Shown in pieces: positions 39,456 through 50,900 of a stretch of 64,000 nt of DNA. The number at the start of each line of letters is the position of its first letter. Position 1 is the stretch's first letter. The notes under the pieces are model-generated. The model was not told the origin of the DNA and ran no database searches. It saw nothing but the letters and a program-made list of their open reading frames with translations. Source of the stretch: an uncultured Chloroflexia bacterium (GTDB taxonomy: Bacteria; Chloroflexota; Anaerolineae; CG2-30-64-16); assembly GCA_963837925.1 (NCBI GenBank), contig CAWIPK010000008.1:90708-154707 (forward strand), written 5' to 3'. Made by a program: the position numbers and the translations under genes.

Positions 39456-41267
39456 TTATGCCCCTGCGAGCTCCTTCTCGAGCTCGGTCTCTATTCGTGC
39501 CTGTAATTCGTAGATCTGACAATACATGCCCGGCTGTTCCATCAACTCGGCGTGCGTGCCGCGTTGGACGATCTCGCCCTTATCGAGCACGAGGATCAGG
39601 TCCGCAGCCATCAAGCTCTGGATGCGATGCGCGATGATGAAGGTGGTGCGCCCACGCATCAGCCGCTCCAGGGCCAGGCGGATCTCCGCCTCCGTCGCCA
39701 TGTCGACTGACGAGGTAGAGTCATCCAGGATCAGGATGCGGGGATCCTTCAGCAAGGTGCGGGCGATGGCCACACGCTGCTTTTGCCCGCCCGACAGCGT
39801 GACGCCGCGCTCGCCGACCAGCGTGTTGTAGCCATCGGGAAAGCTGACGATCACGTCGTGAACTGCGGCGGCGCGCGCCGCGGCCTCGACCTCGGCCTGC
39901 GATACCTCGCGCCCCACGCCATAGGTGATGTTTTCGCGGATCGAACGCGAGAATAGGAACGGTTCTTGCTCGACGATCCCCATCTGGCGACGCAGGTAGT
40001 GGCGCGGGTAGTGGCGCAGTTCCACCCCGTCGATCAGGATGTGGCCGCTCGAGTACTCATAGAAGCGCGGCAGCAGGTTCACCAGGGTGGTCTTGCCCGA
40101 ACCTGTTGAGCCCAGCAGGGCGATCGCCTGGCCTGGCCGGCATTCGAAGCTGATGTCCTTCAGCACCGGGGCGTCAGCGTTGTACTCAAAGCCGACCTCG
40201 CGGTAGGTCACCTCACCCCGCAGGTCGCCGCTCGGCCGGTACGCACCTTCCTCGAGCGGCTCGCGTTCTTCCATCAGCACCTTGGTCACGCGGCCGTACG
40301 AGACGAGTCCGCTCGACATGTTGACGATCAGCCGCCCCAGGTTGCGCATCGGCCAGACGATCCAGCCCACCAGGCCGACGTAGGCTAGGTAGGTGCCGAT
40401 GGTGATCGTGCCGTGAAGGGTCATGGTTGCGCCCACAGTCCAGCCGATCAAGGTCTGCAGGCCGCATAGGGTATCGGACAGCGGCCAGAATAACGCGTTG
40501 AGCTGGACGAGACGCTTGCCTCGCCGATACTTCTCGATGTTGTCGCGCTCGAACTTCTCCTGTTCGTAGTTCTGGCGCGCGAAGGCCTTGACCACTCGCA
40601 CGCCGGTCAGGTTCTCCTGTAAGGTGGTCGAGAGCCTGGCCTCTTGTTCCTGGTACTTCTCGTAGGCTTTCGAGATGAGCCGGAAGAAGTACGCCGAAAC
40701 GCCGACGATCAATGGGATGATCACCACCGAGACCAGCGCAAGCCGCACGTTCAGCCCGAGCAGCGCGCCCAAGTTGATCACGAAGATAAGGATGATGCGG
40801 CCGATGCCGATGGCCTGGTCCGCGTAGAAACGGCGCATGGCTTCCACGTCGGAGGTGGCCCGTTCGATCAGCTCGCCGGTCGACGTCATGTCGTGGTACG
40901 TAAAAGTCATCCGCTGGATATGATCGTAAAGATACTTACGCAGCCGAAGCGTCACGCTCTCCGCGGTATAGGCGGCCAACCGCCCACTCAGGAAGCTGCA
41001 GCCCCCTTCGGTGACCGCGAGGCCGACGAAACCGAGCGCGTACAACGGCAGGACCGCGAGCTGATCCGCTCTGCCAAGGACATTGTCGATCAGTTGCCGC
41101 AACAGGAGAAACGTGCTGGTGCGGGCCAGGGCCGCGACTGCCAGGGCGAAGGTCGCGCCGAGATAGGCCAGCCGGTAGCCGCGCATCATGCGCCATAGGC
41201 CGGCCAACCGGTGTTCCGAGACCGCTTCCTGCAGGTCAAATTCCCGCTCACTGGCACGTGCATTCAC
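39456..41267 (-). CDS. ABC exporter half-transporter (heterodimer partner)
   Basis: GSTGSGKT, LSGGQ, degenerate Walker B ILILDDST; GTG start after AAGGAG. Confidence 0.93.
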   Translation of the reverse strand: MNARASEREFDLQEAVSEHRLAGLWRMMRGYRLAYLGATFALAVAALARTSTFLLLRQLIDNVLGRADQLAVLPLYALGFVGLAVTEGGCSFLSGRLAAYTAESVTLRLRKYLYDHIQRMTFTYHDMTSTGELIERATSDVEAMRRFYADQAIGIGRIILIFVINLGALLGLNVRLALVSVVIIPLIVGVSAYFFRLISKAYEKYQEQEARLSTTLQENLTGVRVVKAFARQNYEQEKFERDNIEKYRRGKRLVQLNALFWPLSDTLCGLQTLIGWTVGATMTLHGTITIGTYLAYVGLVGWIVWPMRNLGRLIVNMSSGLVSYGRVTKVLMEEREPLEEGAYRPSGDLRGEVTYREVGFEYNADAPVLKDISFECRPGQAIALLGSTGSGKTTLVNLLPRFYEYSSGHILIDGVELRHYPRHYLRRQMGIVEQEPFLFSRSIRENITYGVGREVSQAEVEAAARAAAVHDVIVSFPDGYNTLVGERGVTLSGGQKQRVAIARTLLKDPRILILDDSTSSVDMATEAEIRLALERLMRGRTTFIIAHRIQSLMAADLILVLDKGEIVQRGTHAELMEQPGMYCQIYELQARIETELEKELAGA

Positions 41268-41269
41268 GG

Positions 41270-42646
41270 TTAGGCACTCTCCTTGCCCGACTCCACCGCC
41301 CCTGCCCAGCGTGGGTCCCGCACCCACCAACGCATGAGCGCCCAGGCCGACAACAGGGCCAAGGCACTGGCGGCAAACAGCCAGCCGTAGCCGGCCTTAG
41401 CCAGCGCGGCGCCGATGAGGGGCGCCGCGATCCCTACCACGCCCACCCCCGTATTGGCGATCCCGATGTAGGTCGGGCGGCGCGTGGGTTCGCAGAACTC
41501 CAGCACGATCAAAAGGCCGGACACCATCATGGCAGCCAGGCCAATGCCCAGCAAAATGAACACCAGGTAGTAGGCCCAGGCGACCGGCGCCACGAGGGCA
41601 AGGGCGAAGCCCATGAACGAGGCCAGGATGCCAAGCTGCATGCACACCTTGTGACCGTTGCGGTCGGCCAGAAAGCCGAAGGCCAGATTGCCCGCCATCT
41701 GCCCGATCATCAAGGCGGCCGTGTAAACGCCTACCGTGCTGTCCGGAATGTGCCAGCGCTCCACCGCGGCCACGGTGACAAAGCCCGTGCCCATCCCGCC
41801 CATGGCCACCAGCATGCGGCTGACAAGAAAGCGACGGAAGTTATGGTCGCGCCGGAGCAGGTCGGGCAGCTCACGCATGAACTGGCGGTTGCTGCGCCGC
41901 ACGCCCTTGGGCTTGCGGGCGGGCTCACGCGTCAGCGCGATCGAGAACCAGCTCACCAGGATGGCCGTGGCGGCGATGCCAAAGGTGTAGACAAAGTTAG
42001 TCGGGAACGGGAACGCCACCAGCAGCCAGCCGCTCAGCCCGGCGCCAGCGGCTGCCGCGGTGTTGCCCACGAACATCGTGATGCCAAAAAAGCGCCCGCG
42101 CCGGTCTAGCGGAAAGATGCGGGCGATCAGATCTTGCCACGAGGCTCCCACCCAGCCGGCGCCCAGGCCATGCCACGCATACGAACTCAGCAGGATTACC
42201 AATGCCAGGCTGGGCGAGCGCCCGGCGACGGCTGCTGCGGCGACGATGCCCCAGACGGGCAGGCGCTCCAGGAACAGGCCCAGATTGACGACCACGGGTT
42301 TCTGCCGCGAAAGCTTCTCCAGCCAATTGGCAGTGAAAAGCTGCGGCAGGAACCAGGCAGCCTGAGCGATCACGGCGAGCACGCCTATCCATAACGGATC
42401 GTTCGATAGCTTGCTGACGAACAGTGGCAGGATCGTGGTCGAAGAAATGAAGCTAGCGCCGAACCAGAAGAACCCCCCGTCCAGCAGATTGACGGCGAAG
42501 TTCCAGCGGTAGTCGCGCTCGACCTCGGCCTCGATCTCCGCCTCGCTGAGTTCGGGCACAGGCACGTTCAGTCGCAAGAGCCAGGCGAACAGTCCGCGCA
42601 CCGGACCTGCCGTGATGGCTGCAGCCGCGTCAGCGCTTGATTTCAT
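41270..42646 (-). CDS. MFS transporter
   Basis: About 12 hydrophobic segments; GFLADRNGHK motif; RRPTYIG. Confidence 0.88.
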   Translation of the reverse strand: MKSSADAAAAITAGPVRGLFAWLLRLNVPVPELSEAEIEAEVERDYRWNFAVNLLDGGFFWFGASFISSTTILPLFVSKLSNDPLWIGVLAVIAQAAWFLPQLFTANWLEKLSRQKPVVVNLGLFLERLPVWGIVAAAAVAGRSPSLALVILLSSYAWHGLGAGWVGASWQDLIARIFPLDRRGRFFGITMFVGNTAAAAGAGLSGWLLVAFPFPTNFVYTFGIAATAILVSWFSIALTREPARKPKGVRRSNRQFMRELPDLLRRDHNFRRFLVSRMLVAMGGMGTGFVTVAAVERWHIPDSTVGVYTAALMIGQMAGNLAFGFLADRNGHKVCMQLGILASFMGFALALVAPVAWAYYLVFILLGIGLAAMMVSGLLIVLEFCEPTRRPTYIGIANTGVGVVGIAAPLIGAALAKAGYGWLFAASALALLSAWALMRWWVRDPRWAGAVESGKESA

Positions 42647-42743
42647 CTTCTCACCGGGCGTTTGGATCAAGAGACAAAGCAGCTATTCTATCACAGGCCA
42701 AAACGCGACGTCCAATATCGACGCAGGCCCTCTGCCCCCGACA

Positions 42744-42828
42744 TGACGCATTGCGTCAATCGTCTGATAACTATTCGCGTATTTCAGTGTTAAGTACGTA
42801 TTTACATTCTTGTGATGCTAGATACAAT
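42744..42828 (+). promoter_or_regulatory. Operator-like palindrome and putative promoter of the megasynthase locus
   Basis: TGACGCA-T-TGCGTCA (42744-42758); TTTACA-16 nt-TACAAT (42801-42828) in an AT-rich divergent region. Confidence 0.5.
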
Positions 42829-42862
42829 CCGAGTAGCGCGAGTGGTGGCGATATTAGGATGG

Positions 42863-43083
42863 GTGACAGTGCTGTTTGATCGTGACGGCCAGGATCTGCT
42901 CGATTGCCCCGTCTGCAAAGGGGGCTCTCACTCTTGGCGGGCTAAAGATCAAGGCTGATCCGAGTTGATCGTCGTGAGTCGCCCTACCGTTTCTGCAACG
43001 GCAATGGGAGGGTCTGCCAGCCCTACGTGGCCGAATACGACCCAAAGATGGTGAAGCCCGCTCTTCCCGATCGCGATCTGTGA
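42863..43083 (+). pseudogene. Possible small Zn-ribbon-like protein, frameshifted at ~42950
   Basis: Joined frames read ..DCPVCKGG..DQG/LIRVDRRESPYRFCNGNGRVCQPY..; AGGA upstream; not in the ORF track. Confidence 0.35.
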
Positions 43084-43218
43084 TGAGCACCGGTAGGTGA
43101 TGTTCCCCCCGGTGCGGACAGGCTGCTGCGGCTTTCGCTGCCACGGCCGGGGTTCGTGTTGCCATCTTGCGGACGCTGCTTGCGCGCCCGAGCCCACCTT
43201 TTCCCTGGAGGGACGTCG

Positions 43219-44853
<1,635 letters not shown>

Positions 44854-44936
44854 GCGTGCTGCGGCGGCGGGGTTCCGGAACGCCGATCACGCGAGGTCCG
44901 TTTCCGCGATCTGTGAAAAACATAACGAGGTGGGAG

Positions 44937-47900
44937 ATGGAACCAGACATCAACCGAGCCGTGGCGGTCGTGGGCGTAGGCGCCATTCTGCCCGATGCTC
45001 TCAGTGCGCCGGCCTTCTGGCAGAACCTGTGCGAAAAGCATTACAGTATTCGCGAGGTGCCAGCGGAACGCTGGAGCGTCGCCGACTACTACGATCCTGA
45101 TCCGGCTGCGCCGGGCAAGACCTACAGCAAGATCGGCGGCTGGGTGCAGGGGTTCAGCTTTGACTCAAAGCAGTACCGCATCCCGCCCCGCGTGGCAGCG
45201 GCGATGGACGAGGGGCAGAAGTGGGCGATCGCCATGACCGCCGAGGTGTTGGCGGATTTCGGCTATCCCCAGCGCGCTCTGAATCTCGAGCGCACCGGGG
45301 TCGTCCTCGGCAATGCCATGGGCGGTGAAATGCACTATCTCACCGCGCTGCACATCCTTTACCCCGAGTATGCCGGCGCCCTGGCTGCCTCCGAGGAATT
45401 CGGCAGCCTGCCGGCCGGCGTGCGCCAGACGATCCTGGCTCAACTGCGGGAGCGCGTCGACCGCAATCTGCCTCCCATCACGGAAGACTCCATGCCCGGC
45501 GAGTTGGCCAATGTCATCTCGGGCAGGGTGGCGAACGTCTTCAACCTCCGTGGCCCGAACTTCGTCACCGATGCCGCGTGTGCGTCGAGCTTTGCCGCGG
45601 TCAGTGCCGCAATCGAGCTGCTGGCTCAAAGACATTGCGACGCGGTCCTGACGGGCGGCGTAGACCACAACAACGGCGTGACCAGCTTTGTGAAGTTCTG
45701 CAAAATCGGCGCGCTCAGCGCTACCGGCTCGCGGCCGTATGGCGAAGGCGCGGACGGTTTCGTCATGGGCGAGGGTGGGGCGCTATTCCTGCTAAAGCGC
45801 CTGGCCGATGCCGAACGGGATGACGACAAAATCTACGCCGTGATCCGCGGCGTCGGTGGGGCGAGCGACGGCAAAGGCAAAGGCATCACGGCCCCGAACC
45901 CTATCGGACAACAATTGGCCATCGCGCGCGCCTGGCAAAATGCCGGCCTGAACCCGAACACGGCCGGACTGATCGAGGGGCACGGCACCAGCACTGCCGT
46001 CGGCGATCTCGCCGAGGCGGAGAGCCTCACCAAGGTCATCTGCGAGGCACCAGCGCACAGCATTGCCCTGGGCTCGGCCAAGAGCAATATTGGCCACCTG
46101 AAGGCAGGCGCCGGCGCGGCCGGGCTGCTGAAGGTGGTGATGGCGGTCCATCATAAACTGCTGCCGCCCACCCTCAATGTCAACCCGCCCAATTCGCGGA
46201 TCGATTTCGCCGCCACGCCGTTTTTCCTGAGCGACGAGTTGCGCGAATGGCCGCAGCCAAACGGTGGGCGCCGGCGCGCCGGCGCGAGCGCGTTCGGTTT
46301 CGGCGGCACAAACTTCCACATTGTAGTCGAAGAGCACCTGCCCGGCTTGCTGGCCGGCAACGGTCATCGATATACCGCTGTCAGCCTCACCATGGAAAAA
46401 CCAGAAAACAAGGATGCGGGAGGCACCCACATGAACGAAGCAGATGACGCAGCCGAGTCGAAGCCGCCTCTGCGTGGCATCCTGGCCCTCGGGGCAGCGG
46501 ATGTGGCAGGACTGCGTTCCGGACTAGACGAAGCGCTGGTGCGGGTCCAGAACGGCTGGATCCCGCCCACCTCTCCCGTCGACCGAGCGGTGCTGAAAGC
46601 CCCCGAGCGCCTGGTGGTTGACTGCGGCCCGCGCGAAGAACTGCTCGATCGCCTGGCCCGCGCCAAGAAGGCGCTGGCGACGGACAGCGCGCCGGCCTGG
46701 AAAGCCCTCCAGGCTCAAGGGGTGTTTCGCGGCAGCGGCCCGGCAGCCGGCAAGATCGCTTTCCTGTTCCCCGGCCAAGGCAGCCAGTATGTGAACATGG
46801 GCCGCGAGCTCGCCGCCACGCAGCCGGTGGTCGCCGAGACCTTCGCCGAGGCCGACCGGGTGATGACCCCGATCCTCGGCCAGCCATTGACCGGCTACAT
46901 CTTCGTGGACCCAGCCGATCGCCAGCGCATGAAACAGGCCGAAGGGGATCTCATGCAGACGGCCATCACTCAGCCGGCTGTGCTTGCCATGGATATGGCT
47001 CTCTATCGCCTGCTGCTCGAGTATGGCTTCCGGCCCGCAGTGCTGATGGGCCATTCGTTGGGTGAGTACGCGGCCCTGATCGCGTCCGGAATCATGCCAT
47101 TCGCCGAGGCGCTGGAAGCTGCGGCCGCCCGCGGCCGCGAGATGACCAGAATAAGCGATGGCGATAATGGCTGGATGGCAGCTATCTCGGCTTCTCCGGA
47201 GGTCATCGAGGAGGTCCTCGCCACGCTCGACGGTTATGTGGTGCCGGCCAATATTAACAGCCGCAGCCAGTGCGTCATTGGTGGTGCTAGCCAGGCCGTC
47301 GAAAAGGCCATCCAGGTCTTCACGGAGCGCGGCATCCAGGCCCAGCGGATACCGGTCAGCCATGCCTTCCACACCGGCATAGTAGCCCCGGCCAGCGTTC
47401 CACTGCGCCAGGTGCTCAATCGGCTGCACGTCTCGCCGCCCCGCCTTCCCCTGGTAGCTAACGTCACGGGCGAGTTCTATCCTGCGACCGCGGACGAGAT
47501 CCGCGATCTGCTGCAAAAGCAGGTCTCGTCGCCCGTCCAGTGGATCAAGGGCCTCGAAACGCTCTACGCCGCTGGCGTGCGCACGTTCGTCGAAGTCGGC
47601 CCCAAGAAGGCCCTCAAAGGTTTCGTCGACGACGTTCTGGGCGACCACCCAGAGGTCGTGGCCTTGTTTGCCAACCATCCCAAGACCGGCGAGATCGCGA
47701 GCTTCAATCAGGTCCTCTGCGGTCTTTACGCGGCGGGTCATGGTGCTGCGCCCGCGGCCGAGAGCGTCACTGCCATGACGGTTCAGCCGGTGCCGGCAGG
47801 CGCGGATAAGGCGATGGGAGCCGGTCCGGTACCGGCCGGCAAGGTCGCGCCGGTCGCACTGGCAGCGAAAGAGACACCTGCTCCGGTTACGACGGCCAAG

Positions 47901-50900
47901 TACCCGGGCCATGGAAGCGGCAACGTGTCTGGTGATGTGGGCGGCAACCAGCCTGGTACTAACGGCAACCAGCCCGGCAACGGCCATCACCCGGCCGCAG
48001 CGGCCCGCCCGGCAGGCACGGGAGACGGCGCTGCCCCTCCGGCCGTCGACCCGTTGTATGCCGCCGGCCAGTTGCTCGCCGCCCTGGGCAATCTGCCCCA
48101 GGCCAATCCCGCTCCCGCTCGCCGGCCCTACGATCGCAATGAGGCGCCGTTGGGTTCGGTGGTCATCAGCGGCACCGGCCTCGGCTTGCCCGGCGCCGAG
48201 AAGTCCGTCATGGACCCCGACAACGCCATGCGTATCCTGCGCGGCGAGCAATTCGTGGACCTGATCCCCGAGCGCTTCCGCAAGGCCATGCTCAAGAAGA
48301 ACATCACGCGCATCGTCAAGGATGAGGATGGCGGCGGCCGCTTCGCCACGATCGACCATCCGGACGACGTGATCAGATTGGCGGGACGAGCGGGCAGCTT
48401 CGACCTCGCGGCCGAATACGGCGTGCCGGAGAAACTGATCGAAGCGCTCGACATCACCACGCAGCTGGCTATGGCCGCCGGATTGGACGCGCTGCGCGAG
48501 GCGGGTATCCCCCTCGTGCAGGCTTACAAGCGCACCACCACCGGCAAACACCTGCCCGAGCGCTGGATGCTGCCGCAGAGCCTGCGCGACGAAACGGGGG
48601 TGATCTTCGCCAGCGCTTTCCCCGGCAACGACCGCCTGGCCGACGAAATCACTCGCAGCTGCACCTACCAGGGACGCCTCGACCAGTTGTCCATGCTGGA
48701 GGACCTGCGCCAATATACGTCGGACGACGCCACCCTGCTAGAGGTCGACCGGCGCATCCGCGCGCTGCGCGAAAGCCTGGCTCGCGAGCCGTACATCTTC
48801 GACCGGCGCTTCCTGTTCCGGGTGCTCTCGATGGGCCACAGCCAGTTTGCCGAGTACATCGGCGCACGCGGTCCGAATACGCAGGTCAACGCGGCTTGCG
48901 CCAGCACCGCCCAAGCGGTCGCTGTCGCAGAAGACTGGATTCGCACTGGTCGCTGCCGCCGTGTGCTGGTGGTGGCTGCCGACGACGTCACCAGCGATCA
49001 CCTGATCGACTGGGTGGGAGCCGGGTTCCTGGCCAGTGGCGCGGCCGCGACCGATGATCGGGTAGAGGATGCGGCGCTGCCCTTCGACCGCCGCCGTCAC
49101 GGCACGATCATGGGCATGGGCGCGGCGGCGCTGGTCCTGGAGTCGGAGGACGCGCTGCGCGAGCGCGGCATGCGCGGCATCGTCGAACTGCTCAACAGCG
49201 AGGTCTTCAACAGCGCTTTTCATGGCAGCCGTCTGGACGTCGACCACATCTCCCAGGTAATGGAGAATTTGCTTACCGGCGCCGAGCGACGCTTCGGGAT
49301 CAGCCGCCAGGCGATCGCTCCTTTCACCGTTTTCATGTCTCACGAGACCTACACGCCTGCCCGGGGCGGCAGCGCCGCGGCCGAGGTGGCCGCCCTGCGC
49401 CACGCCTTTGGTGCCGCGGCTAACGAAATCGTGGTGGCTAACACGAAAGGCTTTACCGGGCATCCGATGGGGGTGGGCGTCGAGGACGTGATCGCGTTGA
49501 AGATCCTCGAGCATTCCATCGTGCCGCCGGTGCCTAACTACCGGGAGGTCGATCCCGAGCTGGGCACGCTGAACTTGAGCCGCGGCGGTCGCTACCCGGT
49601 TCAATACGCCGTTCACCTGGCGGCAGGCTTCGGATCGCAGGTTGCCATGACTCTGACGCGCAAGATTCCGGGCGGCCTGGAGCGCGTCGACAACCAGGCG
49701 GCCTATCAGCGCTGGCTGGCCGACGTTGCCGGCTACGACTGGGCGGAGACGGAGGTTGTCAAGCGCGTGCTGCGTATCGTCGACCGCGGCGCGCCCACCC
49801 GGCCACCTGCTCCCAGCACCTGGCGCTACGGCATCGGCCCGAGCGAGCGAGCGTCCGCTCCCGGCGACGGCTTGATGGCTACCCATCGCCCAGCGCCGAT
49901 GGCGATCGTCGCGCAGGCCCTGTCCGGCTCCGTGCCCGGCGAGGGACCGGTCGCGTTACCGAGCGACGGGTCGGCCGGCTCCGGGAACGCCCAAGCTGGC
50001 AATGGCCACTTCGAGCGCGGGGTGGCGCCCGTCCCGGCGGCGACCGCCGCCGGCAACGGACACCACGTTCATGCCAGGCCGGCCGGCGAAAGCCAGGCAC
50101 CGCTACCCGGGATCTCTCTGACCCCGGGCCGGGAGGCCCCGCCAGAACCAGCCGGGCAGATCGCGGCTGCCCCGGCTGCACTCGCGGAGCCGCCGGCGGC
50201 ACCGTCCGCCGCGGTCATCGACCCGGTGCAAGCGCAGGTGCTCGAACTGGTAGCCCGCAAGACGGGCTATCCCGAGGACATGCTCGACCTGGACCTCGAT
50301 CTGGAGGCCGACCTGGGCATCGACACCGTCAAGCAGGCGGAGACTTTCGCCGCCATCCGCGAGACCTTTGCCATTCCCAAGCTGGAAAACCTCAGGTTGC
50401 GGGATTATCCGACCCTGGCGAGCGTGATCGGCTTCGTCTACAAGATGCGGCCCGACCTGGCGCAGGAGCAGGCGGTTCCATCAGGTGCGGAGACTACGGT
50501 CGAAGAGTGGCGACTGGCCGCAGCCCCGTCTGGCGCTCCTGCCGCCAGCGAAGACCAGCCAGCGGCAGCCGATATGGTCGCGCAGCAGGTGCTGGCGCTC
50601 GTCGCCGGGAAGACGGGCTATCCCGAGGACATGCTCGACCTGGACCTCGATCTGGAGGCCGACCTGGGCATCGACACCGTCAAGCAGGCGGAGACTTTCG
50701 CCGCCATCCGCGAGACCTTTGCCATTCCCAAGCTGGAAAACCTCAGGTTGCGGGATTATCCGACCCTGGCGAGCGTGATCGGCTTCGTCTACAAGATGCG
50801 GCCCGACCTGGCGCAGGAGCAGGCGGCCTCGCCCGCGGCATCGGCCACTGCCCAACCGGCGGAGGCCGGCGGGGGGATCACAAAGGCCGAGCCGCAGATC

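Noticed and set aside
37538-41267. Degenerate ABC motifs (LSVGQ, Walker B DD) as a novelty
   Set aside because: Expected asymmetry of heterodimeric ABC exporters.
46524-48713. 729-aa antisense ORF inside the megasynthase (also long shadows at 27404-29284, 37010-38686, 58096-59913)
   Set aside because: Explained by codon bias of the real gene on the opposite strand.
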